From an uncultured Gammaproteobacteria bacterium (lineage in GTDB: Bacteria; Pseudomonadota; Gammaproteobacteria; UBA9214), in contig CAWHCQ010000011.1 of the NCBI GenBank assembly GCA_963827755.1, positions 128,001 to 192,000 of the forward strand: DNA of 64,000 nt. The letters run 5' to 3'. Made by a program: the position numbers and the translations under genes. The notes below the pieces were generated by a model. That model was not told the origin of the DNA and did no database searches. It saw only the letters and a list, made by a program, of their open reading frames with translations. Positions 1 to 11,017 of the stretch are shown piece by piece. Within the stretch, counting starts at the first letter, position 1; each line of letters begins with the position of its first letter.

Positions 1-156
1 GAGCATGGCAAGGAGGGCTTCCAGCGTGGCGGCATCCGGCGGCGACTCGAGGTATTCCACAATCCGCGGCTGCTCTCCCCTGCTTTCCAGCAGGTCAAGG
101 GTCAGGCGGCATTTGCTGCACTGCGGATTAAAATAAAGGGTAACGTCGTCTGGCAT
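1..156 (-). CDS. arsC: ArsC-family arsenate reductase (glutaredoxin type), N-terminal part; runs off the window start
   Basis: Manual translation from ATG at 156: MPDDVTLYFNPQCSKCRLTLDLLESRGEQPRIVEYLESPPDAATLEALLAML, with the ArsC NPxCSKxR and EYLxxPP motifs. Confidence 0.8.
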   Translation of the reverse strand, partial: MPDDVTLYFNPQCSKCRLTLDLLESRGEQPRIVEYLESPPDAATLEALLAML

Positions 157-183
157 GGTGGTTGCTTTCCGCTGGCGTGATCA

Positions 184-1707
184 TTATGTCCTGATGACAG
201 GAATATCCGCGATGCGCATGCGCCATTCCTTTGGGCCGCTTTCGTGGATCGAGTTGCCGTGGACGTCGACGGCGACGGTCACCGGCATGTCCTCGACCTC
301 GAATTCATAGACGGCCTCCATGCCCATTTCCGCAAAGGCGATCACTTTTGCCGCGCGGATGGCCTTCGATACCAGGTAGGCCGCACCACCGGTCGCGATC
401 AGGTAGACCGCGCCATGGCGCGCGATCGACTCGATGGCCTGCGGGCCGCGTTCGGCCTTGCCGATCATGCCGAGCAGCCCGGTTTTCTCCAGCAGGGTGT
501 CGGTAAACTTGTCCATGCGCGTGGCCGTGGTCGGGCCGGCCGGTCCCACCACTTCGCCGTGCACCGGGTCCACCGGGCCGACGTAATAGATAAAGCGCCC
601 GTTGAAGTCGAGGCCATCGGGCAATGGCTCGCCGCGATCGAGCAGTTCGATAATGCGTTTGTGGGCGGCATCGCGGCCGGTGAGAAACTTGCCGCTGAGC
701 AACAGGGTTTCACCGGGTTTCCAGTCGCGTACGGCCTGCCTGTCAAGCCGGTCAAGCTGTACCCGGCGGGTATGCTTGCCCGCTTCGCGGGTGATCGCCG
801 GCCAGTCCTCGAGCCGTGGCGGGTCCAGTCGTGCCGGGCCGCTGCCGTCGAGGCTGAAGTGCACATGCCGGGTGGCGGCACAGTTGGGGATCAGGGCGAC
901 GGGCTTGGAGGCGGCATGCGTCGGGTAGTCGCGGATCTTCACGTCGAGCACCGTGGTCAGTCCGCCAAGGCCCTGTGCACCGATGCCGAGGGCGTTGACC
1001 TTGTTGAAGATTTCCAGGCGCAGCTGTTCGAGCCGGGTGTTTGCCCCGCGTGCCTGCAGTTCATGAATGGTGACGGGCTCGAGGATGGCCTCCTTGGCCA
1101 GCAGCATGGCCTTTTCCGCCGTGCCACCGATGCCGATGCCGAGGATGCCCGGCGGACACCAGCCGGCGCCCATGGCCGGCACCTGTTCGAGCACCCAGGC
1201 GACGATGTCGTCACCGGGATTGAGGATGGCAAAGCGTGACTTGTTCTCCGAGCCGCCGCCCTTTGCGGCGACAATGATATCGACCCTGTCGCCGGGCACG
1301 ATGTCCTTGTGAATGACGGCGGGCGTGTTGTCGCCGGTGTTGCGGCGTTCCCCGGCCGGGTCGCTGACGATGGAGGCGCGCAGCGGGTTGTCCGCGTTAA
1401 CGTAGGCCTGGTGTACGCCCTCATTGATCATCTCGTCGATACTCATGTCGGTGTCCCAGCGCACCTCCATGCCGACCTTGAGAAAGACGTTGACGATACC
1501 GGTGTCCTGGCAGATCGGGCGATGGCCCTCGGCACACATGCGCGAGTTGATCAGGATCTGCGCCATGGCATCTTTGGCGGCGACCGATTGCTCCTGCTGG
1601 TACGCCTGGTGCAGGGCCTTGATGAAATCCGGCGGGTGAAAATAGGAGATATATTGCAGCGCGTCGCGGATACTGGTGATCAGGTCCTGTTTGTTGATTG
1701 TGCTCAT
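184..1707 (-). CDS. fumA: Class I (Fe-S) fumarate hydratase
   Basis: 507 aa; motifs PICQDTG, KGGGSEN, GWCPPG, GPAGPTTATRMD. Confidence 0.93.
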   Translation of the reverse strand: MSTINKQDLITSIRDALQYISYFHPPDFIKALHQAYQQEQSVAAKDAMAQILINSRMCAEGHRPICQDTGIVNVFLKVGMEVRWDTDMSIDEMINEGVHQAYVNADNPLRASIVSDPAGERRNTGDNTPAVIHKDIVPGDRVDIIVAAKGGGSENKSRFAILNPGDDIVAWVLEQVPAMGAGWCPPGILGIGIGGTAEKAMLLAKEAILEPVTIHELQARGANTRLEQLRLEIFNKVNALGIGAQGLGGLTTVLDVKIRDYPTHAASKPVALIPNCAATRHVHFSLDGSGPARLDPPRLEDWPAITREAGKHTRRVQLDRLDRQAVRDWKPGETLLLSGKFLTGRDAAHKRIIELLDRGEPLPDGLDFNGRFIYYVGPVDPVHGEVVGPAGPTTATRMDKFTDTLLEKTGLLGMIGKAERGPQAIESIARHGAVYLIATGGAAYLVSKAIRAAKVIAFAEMGMEAVYEFEVEDMPVTVAVDVHGNSIHESGPKEWRMRIADIPVIRT

Positions 1708-1894
1708 GCGCGCTTTTTTACCGGAACCTTGTCCAGGGGGGTCGGTCTCAATTGTAGCCGTTTCACCGACAGTTCGTACATCCCGCCGGCAGACCAGGAC
1801 CGGCGTATTCGCCGTGCCGGGGATACGATCGTGTGCGCAGGTGAGCGGACACGTCCCCAGGGGGTATAATCAACCCCCGTTTACGAAGGAGTTG

Positions 1895-2416
1895 ATGATG
1901 CGTCTACTGGTACTGATTGCGGCAATGTTTACGGCCCTGCCGAGTGTTGCGGAGACCGTTGATTTCACCCTGCCTGACCTGCAGGGCAAGCCGGTATCCC
2001 TGTCGGATTACCGCGGCAAATGGGTGGTTGTGAATTACTGGGCGACCTGGTGTCCGCCCTGCCTGGAAGAAATCCCGGATCTTGTCGGGTTTTACGAGGA
2101 CAATCGTGACAAGGGTGTGGTGGTGATCGGGATTGATTTTGAAGAGGTCAATCTTGACTACCTGAAGGAATTTGTGGATACCCATTTTATTTCCTACCCG
2201 GTGCTGCGCATGGCGCCGGGACCGGTCACTGAACTCGGCCCGGTGCAGGGTCTGCCGACGACCTACATTATTTCGCCGCAGGGTGAAAGCCTCGCCCGCC
2301 AGGAGGGGCCGATCACCCGCGCGGCGCTTGAAGCCTACCTGGCGCGCAAGCGCGAGCAGTCGGCGAACCGGGCGCCGGTTCTTGCTGCCCGCTCGCGCCC
2401 CCCGATCCAGCCCTGA
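1895..2416 (+). CDS. TlpA/ResA-family thiol-disulfide oxidoreductase, exported
   Basis: Signal-peptide-like N-terminus after an AAGGAG RBS; [11 protein letters not shown] and GLPTTYII motifs. Confidence 0.88.
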   Translation: MMRLLVLIAAMFTALPSVAETVDFTLPDLQGKPVSLSDYRGKWVVVNYWATWCPPCLEEIPDLVGFYEDNRDKGVVVIGIDFEEVNLDYLKEFVDTHFISYPVLRMAPGPVTELGPVQGLPTTYIISPQGESLARQEGPITRAALEAYLARKREQSANRAPVLAARSRPPIQP

Positions 2417-2424
2417 CCAGCCGC

Positions 2425-2691
2425 ATGGATTGCCTGCGTTGTTTGGTTACCGGGCGGGTGCAGGGCGTTTTCTTCCGCGCTTCAACACGTAAACAGGCAC
2501 AGCAACTGGGCCTGACGGGGCATGTGCGCAACCTGCCGGACGGCCGGGTGGAGGTCGTTGCCTGTGGCGGCCAGGCGGGGCTCGAGGCCTTGCAGGCCTG
2601 GCTATGGCAGGGGCCGCCGCATGCACAGGTGAGTGATGTCAGTTGTGAAACCTGTACGGCGCCTGTCCGCGACGGCTTCAGCGTTATTTGA
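2425..2691 (+). CDS. acyP: Acylphosphatase
   Basis: [19 protein letters not shown] and GPPHAQV motifs. Confidence 0.93.
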   Translation: MDCLRCLVTGRVQGVFFRASTRKQAQQLGLTGHVRNLPDGRVEVVACGGQAGLEALQAWLWQGPPHAQVSDVSCETCTAPVRDGFSVI

Positions 2692-2705
2692 CCGGCTGGA
2701 TTACA

Positions 2706-4337
2706 TCAGCCGTATTCTGCCTGCGCCACCGGGGCATGGGCTGGCGTGAGAATGGTGTCCGCGGGCGGTTTCGAGGTATCGGTGTGCGGGTAATCCAGGG
2801 TGTAGTGCAGGCCGCGGCTTTCCTTGCGTTGCTGGGCGCAGCGGATGATCAGGGCCGACACCTGGGCGAGGTTGCGTAGCTCCAGCAGGTCATTTGAAAC
2901 GGTGAAATTGCTGTAATACTCCTGGATTTCCTGCTCCAGCAGATCGACGCGCCGCCAGGCCCGTTCGAGGCGCTTGTTGGTGCGCACGATGCCCACGTAG
3001 TTCCACATGCAACGGCGCAGTTCATCCCAGTTGTGACTGACCACGACCTCTTCGTCGGAATCCCTGACCCGGGATTCGTCCCAGGCCGGTATGGCCAGTA
3101 CGGGGGGCGTGTCGTCCAGCGTCCTGTCGATGTGCGCGCCGGCAGCCGCGGCGAAGACCACGCATTCCAGCAGTGAATTGCTGGCCATGCGGTTGGCGCC
3201 GTGCAAGCCGGTGCAGGCGACTTCGCCAATGGCATACAGGCCGGGCAGGTCGGTTTGCCCGTTCAGGTCGGTGACGACACCCCCGCAGGTGTAGTGAGCG
3301 GCCGGCACCACCGGGATGGGCTCCAGTGTCATGTCATAGCCGAGTTCGCGACAGCGGGCATAGACGGTTGGAAAGTGCTTCCTGATAAGGGGAGCCGGTT
3401 TGTGGCTGATGTCCAGCAGAACGTATTCGACACCGAGGCGCTTCATTTCATGGTCGATGGCGCGTGCCACGATGTCCCGGGGTGCAAGATTGCCGCGCTC
3501 GTCAAAGTGTTCCATGAAGGGCGTGCCATCCGGCAGCAGTAACTGTCCGCCTTCACCGCGCACCGCCTCGGTCACAAGGAAAGACTTGGCCTTGGGGTGG
3601 AACAGGCAGGTCGGGTGGAACTGGTTGAATTCCATGTTGGCGACCCGGCAACCGGCGCGCCAGGCCATGGCAATGCCGTCGCCGCTGGAGGTATCCGGAT
3701 TGCTGGTGTAGAGGTAGGCCTTGCTGGCGCCGCCGGTTGCCAGCACGACCTTGCGGGCCGCGAACACCTCGACGCTTTGCCGGTCCCGGTCCAGAACATA
3801 GGCACCGAGGACCCGGTTCTCGGGCAGTCCCAGCTTGGCGCCTGTGACCAGGTCAACGGCAATGTGGTTCGCGAAGAGGCTGATATTCGGCCGCCTTTTG
3901 GCCGCGTCCAGCAGGCTGGTCTCGATGGCGCGCCCGGTTGCATCGTCGGCATGCAGTACCCGTCGGGTAGAATGGCCGCCTTCGCGGGTAAGATGAAAGG
4001 CCTGCTTGTTTTCCGCTGCCGGGTGGTGGGTAAACGACACGCCGATATCGACCAGCCAGCGAATTGCCTCGGGGGCGTTTTCAACGGTAAAGCGAACGAC
4101 GTCCGGCTTGTTGAGTCCGGCACCGGCATCGAGGGTATCCTCGATATGCGACTCGAAGGAGTCGTCCGGGTCGGTGACGGCCGAGATCCCGCCCTGGGCA
4201 TACAGGGTGCAGCCTTCTTCGAGATGGTCCTTGGCAATCACGGCAACCTGGACACTCTCGGGCAGACGCAGGGCAAGGCTGAGCCCGGCGCCACCGCTGC
4301 CGATGATGAGGACGTCATGGGTATGTGTCGGTGCCAT
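2706..4337 (-). CDS. nadB: L-aspartate oxidase
   Basis: GSGGAG FAD motif, [24 protein letters not shown]; divergent from rpoE as is typical. Confidence 0.96.
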   Translation of the reverse strand: MAPTHTHDVLIIGSGGAGLSLALRLPESVQVAVIAKDHLEEGCTLYAQGGISAVTDPDDSFESHIEDTLDAGAGLNKPDVVRFTVENAPEAIRWLVDIGVSFTHHPAAENKQAFHLTREGGHSTRRVLHADDATGRAIETSLLDAAKRRPNISLFANHIAVDLVTGAKLGLPENRVLGAYVLDRDRQSVEVFAARKVVLATGGASKAYLYTSNPDTSSGDGIAMAWRAGCRVANMEFNQFHPTCLFHPKAKSFLVTEAVRGEGGQLLLPDGTPFMEHFDERGNLAPRDIVARAIDHEMKRLGVEYVLLDISHKPAPLIRKHFPTVYARCRELGYDMTLEPIPVVPAAHYTCGGVVTDLNGQTDLPGLYAIGEVACTGLHGANRMASNSLLECVVFAAAAGAHIDRTLDDTPPVLAIPAWDESRVRDSDEEVVVSHNWDELRRCMWNYVGIVRTNKRLERAWRRVDLLEQEIQEYYSNFTVSNDLLELRNLAQVSALIIRCAQQRKESRGLHYTLDYPHTDTSKPPADTILTPAHAPVAQAEYG

Positions 4338-4610
4338 TGGCTGATTATGCGTTGATCAGGTGATTTTTCATCCCTATTGATGCATTTTTATTCCGGAAAA
4401 AGCAAAAAGAGATAATCCCGAATGCTGCAGGCAAGAATACGTTATGAATTCGCGACCCGGGCGAGCCGGCGAGAGTAATTCTTTCTAGATGCCCGCCAAG
4501 CAGGTAATGTTGGTGTTACGGGCGGGAATTGGCCGGCTGACCGGGGTTGATCGCGACCGGCACAGGCAGCGGAATCTGGTTCCAAGCCCCCGATTTTTAA
4601 TGAAATCTCT

Positions 4611-4637
4611 GAACTATTTTGTCCTGATGGGGTCAAT
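4611..4637 (+). promoter_or_regulatory. Sigma-E-type autoregulatory promoter of rpoE
   Basis: GAACTA-N16-TCAAT, matching the GAACTT-N16-TCAAA consensus, 35 bp upstream of rpoE. Confidence 0.75.
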
Positions 4638-4671
4638 CGGACGTGTTCCGGGTTGAAGGGAGAAGGCCCGG

Positions 4672-5247
4672 ATGGGCGAACGAGGCATCGATTACGCACT
4701 GGTGAAGCGGGTCCAGCAGGGTGACAAGGCGGCATTTGACATCCTCGTCCTGAAATACCAGAACAAAATCATCCAGTTGGTGAATCGCTACGTGCGTGAC
4801 CCCGACGAGGCGATGGATGTGTCACAGGAGGCCTTTATCAAGGCCTACAAGGCCATCGGGCGTTTTCGCGGCGACAGTGCGTTCTACACGTGGATATACC
4901 GGATCGCGATCAATACCGCGAAGAACTACCTGGTGGCGAGCAAGCGCCGCCCCCCGAAAGGGGATATCGATGCCAGTGAAGCGGAACAATATGAGGGTGC
5001 TTCCGGTCTGAAGGAATATGCAACACCGGAGCATATGCTGTTGAGAGATGAAATAAAGGAAACCGTCGCGCGCGCCATTGACGATTTGCCTGATGACCTG
5101 CGCACCGCGATTACCCTGCGCGAGCTGGAAGGTCTGAGTTACGAAGAGATTGCACAGACCATGGAGTGTCCGATCGGCACCGTGCGATCAAGGATTTTCA
5201 GGGCCAGGGATGCGATAGATACCAGGTTGAAACCCTTACTCGAGTAA
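4672..5247 (+). CDS. rpoE: RNA polymerase sigma factor RpoE (AlgU)
   Basis: FRGDSAFYTWIYRIAINTAKNYL; CPIGTVRSRIFRAR. Confidence 0.97.
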   Translation: MGERGIDYALVKRVQQGDKAAFDILVLKYQNKIIQLVNRYVRDPDEAMDVSQEAFIKAYKAIGRFRGDSAFYTWIYRIAINTAKNYLVASKRRPPKGDIDASEAEQYEGASGLKEYATPEHMLLRDEIKETVARAIDDLPDDLRTAITLRELEGLSYEEIAQTMECPIGTVRSRIFRARDAIDTRLKPLLE

Positions 5248-5265
5248 AGAAACGGATCAGTCATC

Positions 5266-5817
5266 ATGAAAGAAAAATTACACGAACAATTGTCGGCGCT
5301 GGTCGATAATGAACTGGAAGAGCCAGAGCAGGCGTTGCTGTTCAGGCAACTGGCGGGCGATGCACAATTGTCGCAGCGTCTGTCACGTTACCAGCTCATC
5401 AGTGATGCCTTGCAGAATCATCTGCCTGCAAGGTTCGCCAGCGGGTTCCACCAGCGTGTGCAGGCTGCGCTGAGCGATGAACCGCCCGTGCATGCGCAAC
5501 ATTCAATCCTTGCCAGCTGGTTCAAGCCGGTGGCCGGTGTTGCGCTGGCAGCCTCGGTGGCCATGGTGGCAGTTCTGTCATTGCAGTCTGTCCGCGAGGA
5601 TGGCGCGGATGAGGTACCGGTGCTGGCGAGCGCAGGAGTGCGTGACAGTTATATCCGTGCGGCTGCGGATGATGCAGTGCAATCCGGAGAACCGGGCAAG
5701 GGTGCCCAGAACCTGGAGATTTACCTGGCAAATCACAGTGAATATGCCGTCAGCCGCGGCATACTGCCCTATGTGCGTCTGGTCGGCCATGATATGAACC
5801 CTGACAACAAGGATTGA
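5266..5817 (+). CDS. rseA: Anti-sigma-E factor RseA/MucA
   Basis: EQLSALVDNEL N-terminus, RYQLISD, TM helix with VALAASVA; synteny. Confidence 0.9.
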   Translation: MKEKLHEQLSALVDNELEEPEQALLFRQLAGDAQLSQRLSRYQLISDALQNHLPARFASGFHQRVQAALSDEPPVHAQHSILASWFKPVAGVALAASVAMVAVLSLQSVREDGADEVPVLASAGVRDSYIRAAADDAVQSGEPGKGAQNLEIYLANHSEYAVSRGILPYVRLVGHDMNPDNKD

Positions 5818-5821
5818 TGGC

Positions 5822-6775
5822 GTGAGATGGCTGGTTGTTGTACTGCTGACGGCTGCCGGCCAGGTAGTGGCAGGGGAGAGCGCACGTCAATGGCTGGATG
5901 ATATGTCCGCTGCCCTGCAAACACTCGATTACGACGGCACTTTTGTTTATCTTCATGGTGACAAGCTGGAAACGATGCGTATCGTTCACCAGCTGAAGGA
6001 GGGCGGCGAAAAGGAACGCCTGGTGGCCCTTACCGGCAGTCCCCGCGAAGTGCTGCGCGATGACCGCGTGGTGACCTGTATCATGCCGGATAACAAGTCT
6101 GTGATGATCGGTATGAGCCGCCCACGCCAGCCTTTCCCTGAAGTCCCCAGGGACCTGGATGCATTGTCCCGTTACTATCACCTCGAAGATGCGGGCGAAG
6201 ATCGTATGGCGGGTTATGAGACCCGTGTCATAAAGATAAAACCGAAGGACGCCTTTCGTTACGGATACAGTTTCTGGATTGACACGAATACCAGGATGCT
6301 GATCAAGTACGACCTGACCGGCGCGCAAGGCCGGGCCATCGAGCAGGTCATGTTTACCAGCCTGGATATCGGCAAGGGGATTTCCGCCGAGGCACTGAAA
6401 CCATCGCTCAGCGGTGATGGTTATACCTGGCACCGGCAGGAAAACGCCAAGCGCAGGCCGCAGCAGAATACCGATGCACCGGGCTGGACGGTGGGCAGTC
6501 TGCCGGCCGGTTTCAGGATGGTCAATTTCCAGCACAAGCGTATTCGACGGGACGGCGCATCGACTGAACATATGGTCTTCAGTGATGGCCTGGCAACCGT
6601 ATCTGTTTACGTGGAGAAGCTGGCGGAGGGCAAGACCCCGGTCACAGGCCTTTCAAGCATGGGTGCGATGAACGCCTATCGTGCAGCGGTGGATGGTTAC
6701 CAGGTGACCGTCATTGGCGAGGTGCCGCGCGCCACGGTGCAAATGATCGCGCATTCAGTCAGCCGTCCATCCTGA
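5822..6775 (+). CDS. rseB: Sigma-E regulatory protein RseB/MucB
   Basis: YDGTFVY, FSDGLATVSVYVE, VIGEVP; synteny. Confidence 0.92.
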   Translation: MRWLVVVLLTAAGQVVAGESARQWLDDMSAALQTLDYDGTFVYLHGDKLETMRIVHQLKEGGEKERLVALTGSPREVLRDDRVVTCIMPDNKSVMIGMSRPRQPFPEVPRDLDALSRYYHLEDAGEDRMAGYETRVIKIKPKDAFRYGYSFWIDTNTRMLIKYDLTGAQGRAIEQVMFTSLDIGKGISAEALKPSLSGDGYTWHRQENAKRRPQQNTDAPGWTVGSLPAGFRMVNFQHKRIRRDGASTEHMVFSDGLATVSVYVEKLAEGKTPVTGLSSMGAMNAYRAAVDGYQVTVIGEVPRATVQMIAHSVSRPS

Positions 6776-6783
6776 TGTGAATC

Positions 6784-7260
6784 ATGATTGAAGAAACGGG
6801 CCATGTTGTTGATGTTCAGGGTGCCTATGCCTGGATCGAAAGTGAGCGTACCTCGACCTGCGGTGCCTGTCATGTGCGCAAGGGCTGCGGCACAGCGGTG
6901 CTGGCAAAGGTGCTGGGGCAGCGCAGGCTGCATTTACGCGTCTTGAACCGGATCAATGCCCGGGTTGGCGATGCCGTTGTCATCGGCATAGCGGAGTCGG
7001 GCCTGGTACGGGGATCACTGGCGGTGTATGCCCTGCCCCTGGTGGCTTTGTTTGCCGGTGCTGTTGCCGGCAATGTCCTGGGCCATTATTTCTTCCCTGA
7101 CAGGTCAGAACTTCTGGCAATTACAGGCGCGTTGGCGGGTCTTGTGGCTGGACTGTTCTGGTTAAAGCGATTCAGCCGGCTGACCGAGGCGGATGCGTCA
7201 TACCAGCCGGTGATCCTGCGCAAGCAGATCTTTACACAGCGTGTCCAGGGTCCTGCATAG
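6784..7260 (+). CDS. rseC: RseC/MucC family protein
   Basis: CGAC...GCGT motif, VYALPL and two TM helices. Confidence 0.92.
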   Translation: MIEETGHVVDVQGAYAWIESERTSTCGACHVRKGCGTAVLAKVLGQRRLHLRVLNRINARVGDAVVIGIAESGLVRGSLAVYALPLVALFAGAVAGNVLGHYFFPDRSELLAITGALAGLVAGLFWLKRFSRLTEADASYQPVILRKQIFTQRVQGPA

Positions 7261-7315
7261 GATGGCTGGATCACATGTTCGTTTGTATTAACCTATCAAG
7301 TATGGAGATGAAAGA

Positions 7316-8743
7316 ATGTTGAATGTACGCAGGTATGCCGTTTTCGCGTGGCTAACAGTTATTCCCTTGTTGTTGTGCATGCAGGCTGTCAGGGCATCTC
7401 ACATGCCCGAATTCACCGACCTGGTGAAAAATACCCGTGCAGCCGTGGTTAACATCAGCACAACCCAGAAGGTAAAGAGCGGTATGCCACAACTCCCCGA
7501 GGGGTTCGAGATTCCGGAATTCCCGAAAGACAGCCCGTTTGGCGAACTGTTCAAGCACTTCTTTGACCAGGAGGAAGATACGCCGCTTTACCGGGATGCA
7601 AAGTCACTGGGTTCCGGGTTTATTATTTCTCCAGATGGGTACGTACTGACTAATTATCACGTGGTGCAGAATGCCGAGGAAATCATCGTGCGGCTGAGTG
7701 ACCGGCGTGAACTGGTGGCCGAGCTTGTTGGAGAAGACAAGCGCAGTGACGTTGCCTTGCTGAAGATCGATGCCAGCAACTTGCCGGTTGCAAAAATCGG
7801 CAAGTCAAGTGATCTTGAAGTGGGCGAATGGGTAGTGGCCATTGGATCACCGTTCGGTTTTGATCATTCGGCGACGGCCGGTATCGTCAGTGCCAAGGGC
7901 CGCAGTTTGCCGCGTGAAAACTACGTGCCGTTTATCCAGACTGACGTGGCGATCAACCCGGGCAATTCCGGCGGGCCCCTGTTCAACCAGCATGGTGAAG
8001 TGGTCGGTGTAAATTCACAGATCTACAGTCGTACCGGCGGCTACATGGGGTTGTCTTTTGCGATTCCGATTGAAGTGGCCATGGACGTGGTTGACCAGTT
8101 GAAGACGAGCGGAAGGGTGAGCCGCGGCTGGCTGGGTGTTCTCATCCAGGATGTGACGCTTGACCTGGCGGAATCGTTTGGCATGAACCATCCGCGCGGT
8201 GCACTGGTTGCGAAGGTGTTGCCGAGCAGCCCGGCGGAGGATGCCGGTATCCGGGTCGGTGATGTGATCGTGGCCTTCGACGGGAAGGCCGTGGGCAGGT
8301 CTTCGGCCCTGCCGCCGATTGTCGGCAGCAGCAAGGTGGGCGTGAAGATTCCCGTTGACGTGATACGCAGCGGGAAACAGATCGTGGTCAAGGTGAAGCT
8401 GGGTGAATTACCTGAAGATGAAACACAGGCCAGAAAGCACGAACCGGCAGCCGAGAAAGTCAACCGGATTGGTCTTGGCGTGATCGACCTGAATGACGAT
8501 CAACTGGAAGAGCTCGAAATCGATTATGGTGTCCTGGTAAACCAGGTCGTCAGCGGCACGGCATCGAGGGCGGGCATCCGTGAGGGTGATGTGATTCTGA
8601 GCATCGATAACAAGCCGGTGAAAAGCGTGAAACAGTTCCAGTCAATGGTCAGTGAACTGGCCGCGGGCAAGTCGATTGCCGTGCTCTTGCAGCGTAACGG
8701 GAGTCCGACCTTCCTGGCTATCAAGGTGCCTGATGACGAGTAG
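7316..8743 (+). CDS. degP: DegP/MucD (Do family) periplasmic serine protease with two PDZ domains
   Basis: GSGFII, TNYHV, QTDVAINPGNSGGPL. Confidence 0.92.
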   Translation: MLNVRRYAVFAWLTVIPLLLCMQAVRASHMPEFTDLVKNTRAAVVNISTTQKVKSGMPQLPEGFEIPEFPKDSPFGELFKHFFDQEEDTPLYRDAKSLGSGFIISPDGYVLTNYHVVQNAEEIIVRLSDRRELVAELVGEDKRSDVALLKIDASNLPVAKIGKSSDLEVGEWVVAIGSPFGFDHSATAGIVSAKGRSLPRENYVPFIQTDVAINPGNSGGPLFNQHGEVVGVNSQIYSRTGGYMGLSFAIPIEVAMDVVDQLKTSGRVSRGWLGVLIQDVTLDLAESFGMNHPRGALVAKVLPSSPAEDAGIRVGDVIVAFDGKAVGRSSALPPIVGSSKVGVKIPVDVIRSGKQIVVKVKLGELPEDETQARKHEPAAEKVNRIGLGVIDLNDDQLEELEIDYGVLVNQVVSGTASRAGIREGDVILSIDNKPVKSVKQFQSMVSELAAGKSIAVLLQRNGSPTFLAIKVPDDE

Positions 8744-8745
8744 GG

Positions 8746-9009
8746 GTGTTGATTGATGTGACGCCCCGGCTGACGGTCTTCATGCGCAGGGGCTGTCACC
8801 TGTGTACCGATATGCTGCAGGCGCTGGAGCGCCTGCAGCCGGAACTCGGATTTGAAGTCACGCAGGTCGATATTGACCGCGACCCCGAACTGCAGCGTCG
8901 CTATGATACCCGTGTACCGGTACTGCTCACTGGTGATACCGAGATCTGTTACTACTTCCTTGAAGAACAACGGCTGCGTGACTGTCTCCACGGCCCTGAG
9001 CGCGAGTGA
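8746..9009 (+). CDS. Glutaredoxin-like protein (DUF836-type)
   Basis: GCHLC motif, VDID, RVPVL; typical position after degP. Confidence 0.8.
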   Translation: MLIDVTPRLTVFMRRGCHLCTDMLQALERLQPELGFEVTQVDIDRDPELQRRYDTRVPVLLTGDTEICYYFLEEQRLRDCLHGPERE

Positions 9010-9137
9010 CTTGCCGGCAGCTTGCTGTATAATAAAAACCTTACAGCTAATCAGTTACTTGTGCTATACACGTGTAGTTCCCCTAATGCATCAGGCTGTC
9101 CTGGCTCTATGATTCAGGGCCGGGTTTCCAGCATCAC

Positions 9138-10940
9138 ATGATTGACAGACAACACGTCCGGAATTTCTCCATCATCGCCCATATCGATCATGGCAAGTCC
9201 ACGCTGGCAGACCGTTTCATCCAGATGTGCGGGGGGCTGAGTGACCGTGAAATGGAAAGCCAGGTACTGGATTCCATGGACCTGGAACGCGAGCGCGGCA
9301 TTACCATCAAGGCTCAGAGCGTCACCCTGCAATACAAGGCCCGTTCCGGCGAGATGTACGAGATGAATCTTATCGATACGCCGGGACACGTGGATTTTTC
9401 CTACGAGGTGTCCCGTTCACTGGCTGCCTGTGAAGGTGCGCTGCTGGTCGTCGATGCGGCCCAGGGCGTGGAAGCGCAGAGTGTTGCCAACTGCTATACC
9501 GCCATTGAACTCGATCTCGAAGTGGTACCGGTGCTGAACAAGATCGATCTGCCTGCGGCCGAGCCCGAGCGGGTGATCGAGGAAATCGAGGAAATTATCG
9601 GCATCGATGCGCAGAATGCCGTGCGTGCCAGCGCCAAGACAGGAGAGGGCATTGCCGATATCCTGGAAGACCTGATAGTGCGTGTACCGCCGCCGAAGGG
9701 GAATATCGATGCGCCGCTGAAGGCCCTGATTGTCGATTCCTGGTTTGACAACTATGTCGGGGTGATCTCGCTGGTGCGGATTGTTGAAGGCCGTATTTCA
9801 CGGCGCGACAAGTTCCGTGTCATGTCGACCGGGCGCAACTACCAGGTTGAGAAACTCGGGGTTTTTACGCCTAAACCGCTGGAACGTGGCGAACTGGTTG
9901 CCGGCGATGTCGGCTTCCTGGTTGCCGGCATCAAGGAAATCGACGGTGTTCCGGTAGGTGATACGCTGACCCTCGCAAACAAGCCTGCTGACGCGCCCCT
10001 GCCGGGGTTCAAGAAAGTGCAGCCCAACGTATTTGCGGGGCTTTACCCGGTGAGTTCGGATGACTACGAGAACCTGCGCGATTCCCTGCAGAAGCTGCGC
10101 CTGAATGATGCAGCGCTGCATTATGAGCCGGAATCTTCCGATGCGCTTGGTTTCGGGTTTCGTTGCGGGTTTCTCGGTATGCTGCACATGGAGATCGTGC
10201 AGGAACGGCTCGAACGTGAATATGATCTGGACCTGATTACCACCGCACCCACGGTCATCTACGAAGTACTGGATACCGCCGACAAGGTGTTTACCATCTA
10301 CAACCCTGCAAGCTTGCCGCCGGTCAACCAGATAGCAGAGGTCCGTGAACCGATTATCGAGGCCAATATCCTGGTGCCGCAGGAGCACCTGGGGAATGTC
10401 ATTACCCTGTGTATCGAAAAGCGCGGTGTGCAAAAGAACATGCAGTACCTCGGCAAGCAGGTGTCATTGAGCTACGAGATGCCGATGAGTGAAATCGTCC
10501 TGGATTTCTTTGACCGGCTCAAGTCGGTCAGTCGTGGTTATGCGTCGTTTGACTATCACTTTTTGCGTTTCCAGGCCGCGCCGCTGGTGAAGCTGGATGT
10601 GCTGATCAACAATGAACGGGTAGATGCCCTGTCCCTGATTGTACACAGGGATGTGGCGCAGTCCCGCGGCCGGGCCCTGACCGTGAAGATGAAAGAATTG
10701 ATCCCGCGGCAAATGTATGATGTTGCCATCCAGGCTGCAATCGGCGGGCAGATTATCGCCCGGACCAATGTGAAGGCATTGCGCAAGAACGTCACCGCAA
10801 AATGTTACGGCGGCGATATTTCACGAAAACGCAAACTGCTGGAGAAGCAGAAGGCGGGCAAGAAACGCATGAAACAGTTTGGCACGGTCGAAATTCCGCA
10901 GGCTGCGTTTCTGGCGGTATTGCGGCTTGATAGTGATTGA
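9138..10940 (+). CDS. lepA: Elongation factor 4
   Basis: [19 protein letters not shown]; [18 protein letters not shown]. Confidence 0.98.
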   Translation: MIDRQHVRNFSIIAHIDHGKSTLADRFIQMCGGLSDREMESQVLDSMDLERERGITIKAQSVTLQYKARSGEMYEMNLIDTPGHVDFSYEVSRSLAACEGALLVVDAAQGVEAQSVANCYTAIELDLEVVPVLNKIDLPAAEPERVIEEIEEIIGIDAQNAVRASAKTGEGIADILEDLIVRVPPPKGNIDAPLKALIVDSWFDNYVGVISLVRIVEGRISRRDKFRVMSTGRNYQVEKLGVFTPKPLERGELVAGDVGFLVAGIKEIDGVPVGDTLTLANKPADAPLPGFKKVQPNVFAGLYPVSSDDYENLRDSLQKLRLNDAALHYEPESSDALGFGFRCGFLGMLHMEIVQERLEREYDLDLITTAPTVIYEVLDTADKVFTIYNPASLPPVNQIAEVREPIIEANILVPQEHLGNVITLCIEKRGVQKNMQYLGKQVSLSYEMPMSEIVLDFFDRLKSVSRGYASFDYHFLRFQAAPLVKLDVLINNERVDALSLIVHRDVAQSRGRALTVKMKELIPRQMYDVAIQAAIGGQIIARTNVKALRKNVTAKCYGGDISRKRKLLEKQKAGKKRMKQFGTVEIPQAAFLAVLRLDSD

Positions 10941-11017
10941 ACGGTGCGAGACGCATATAATGACTGTCCCGGTAATGATTACCGCGGGCCAATTCAGGAC
11001 AGGCAGGCGAGGGCGGT

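Noticed and set aside
244-1239. Long antisense or alternative-frame ORFs (also 3597-4355, 17205-18182, 18216-19358, 23638-24543, 46993-47877, 49319-50377)
   Set aside because: They are shadows of well-supported genes in GC-rich DNA and show no recognisable motifs.
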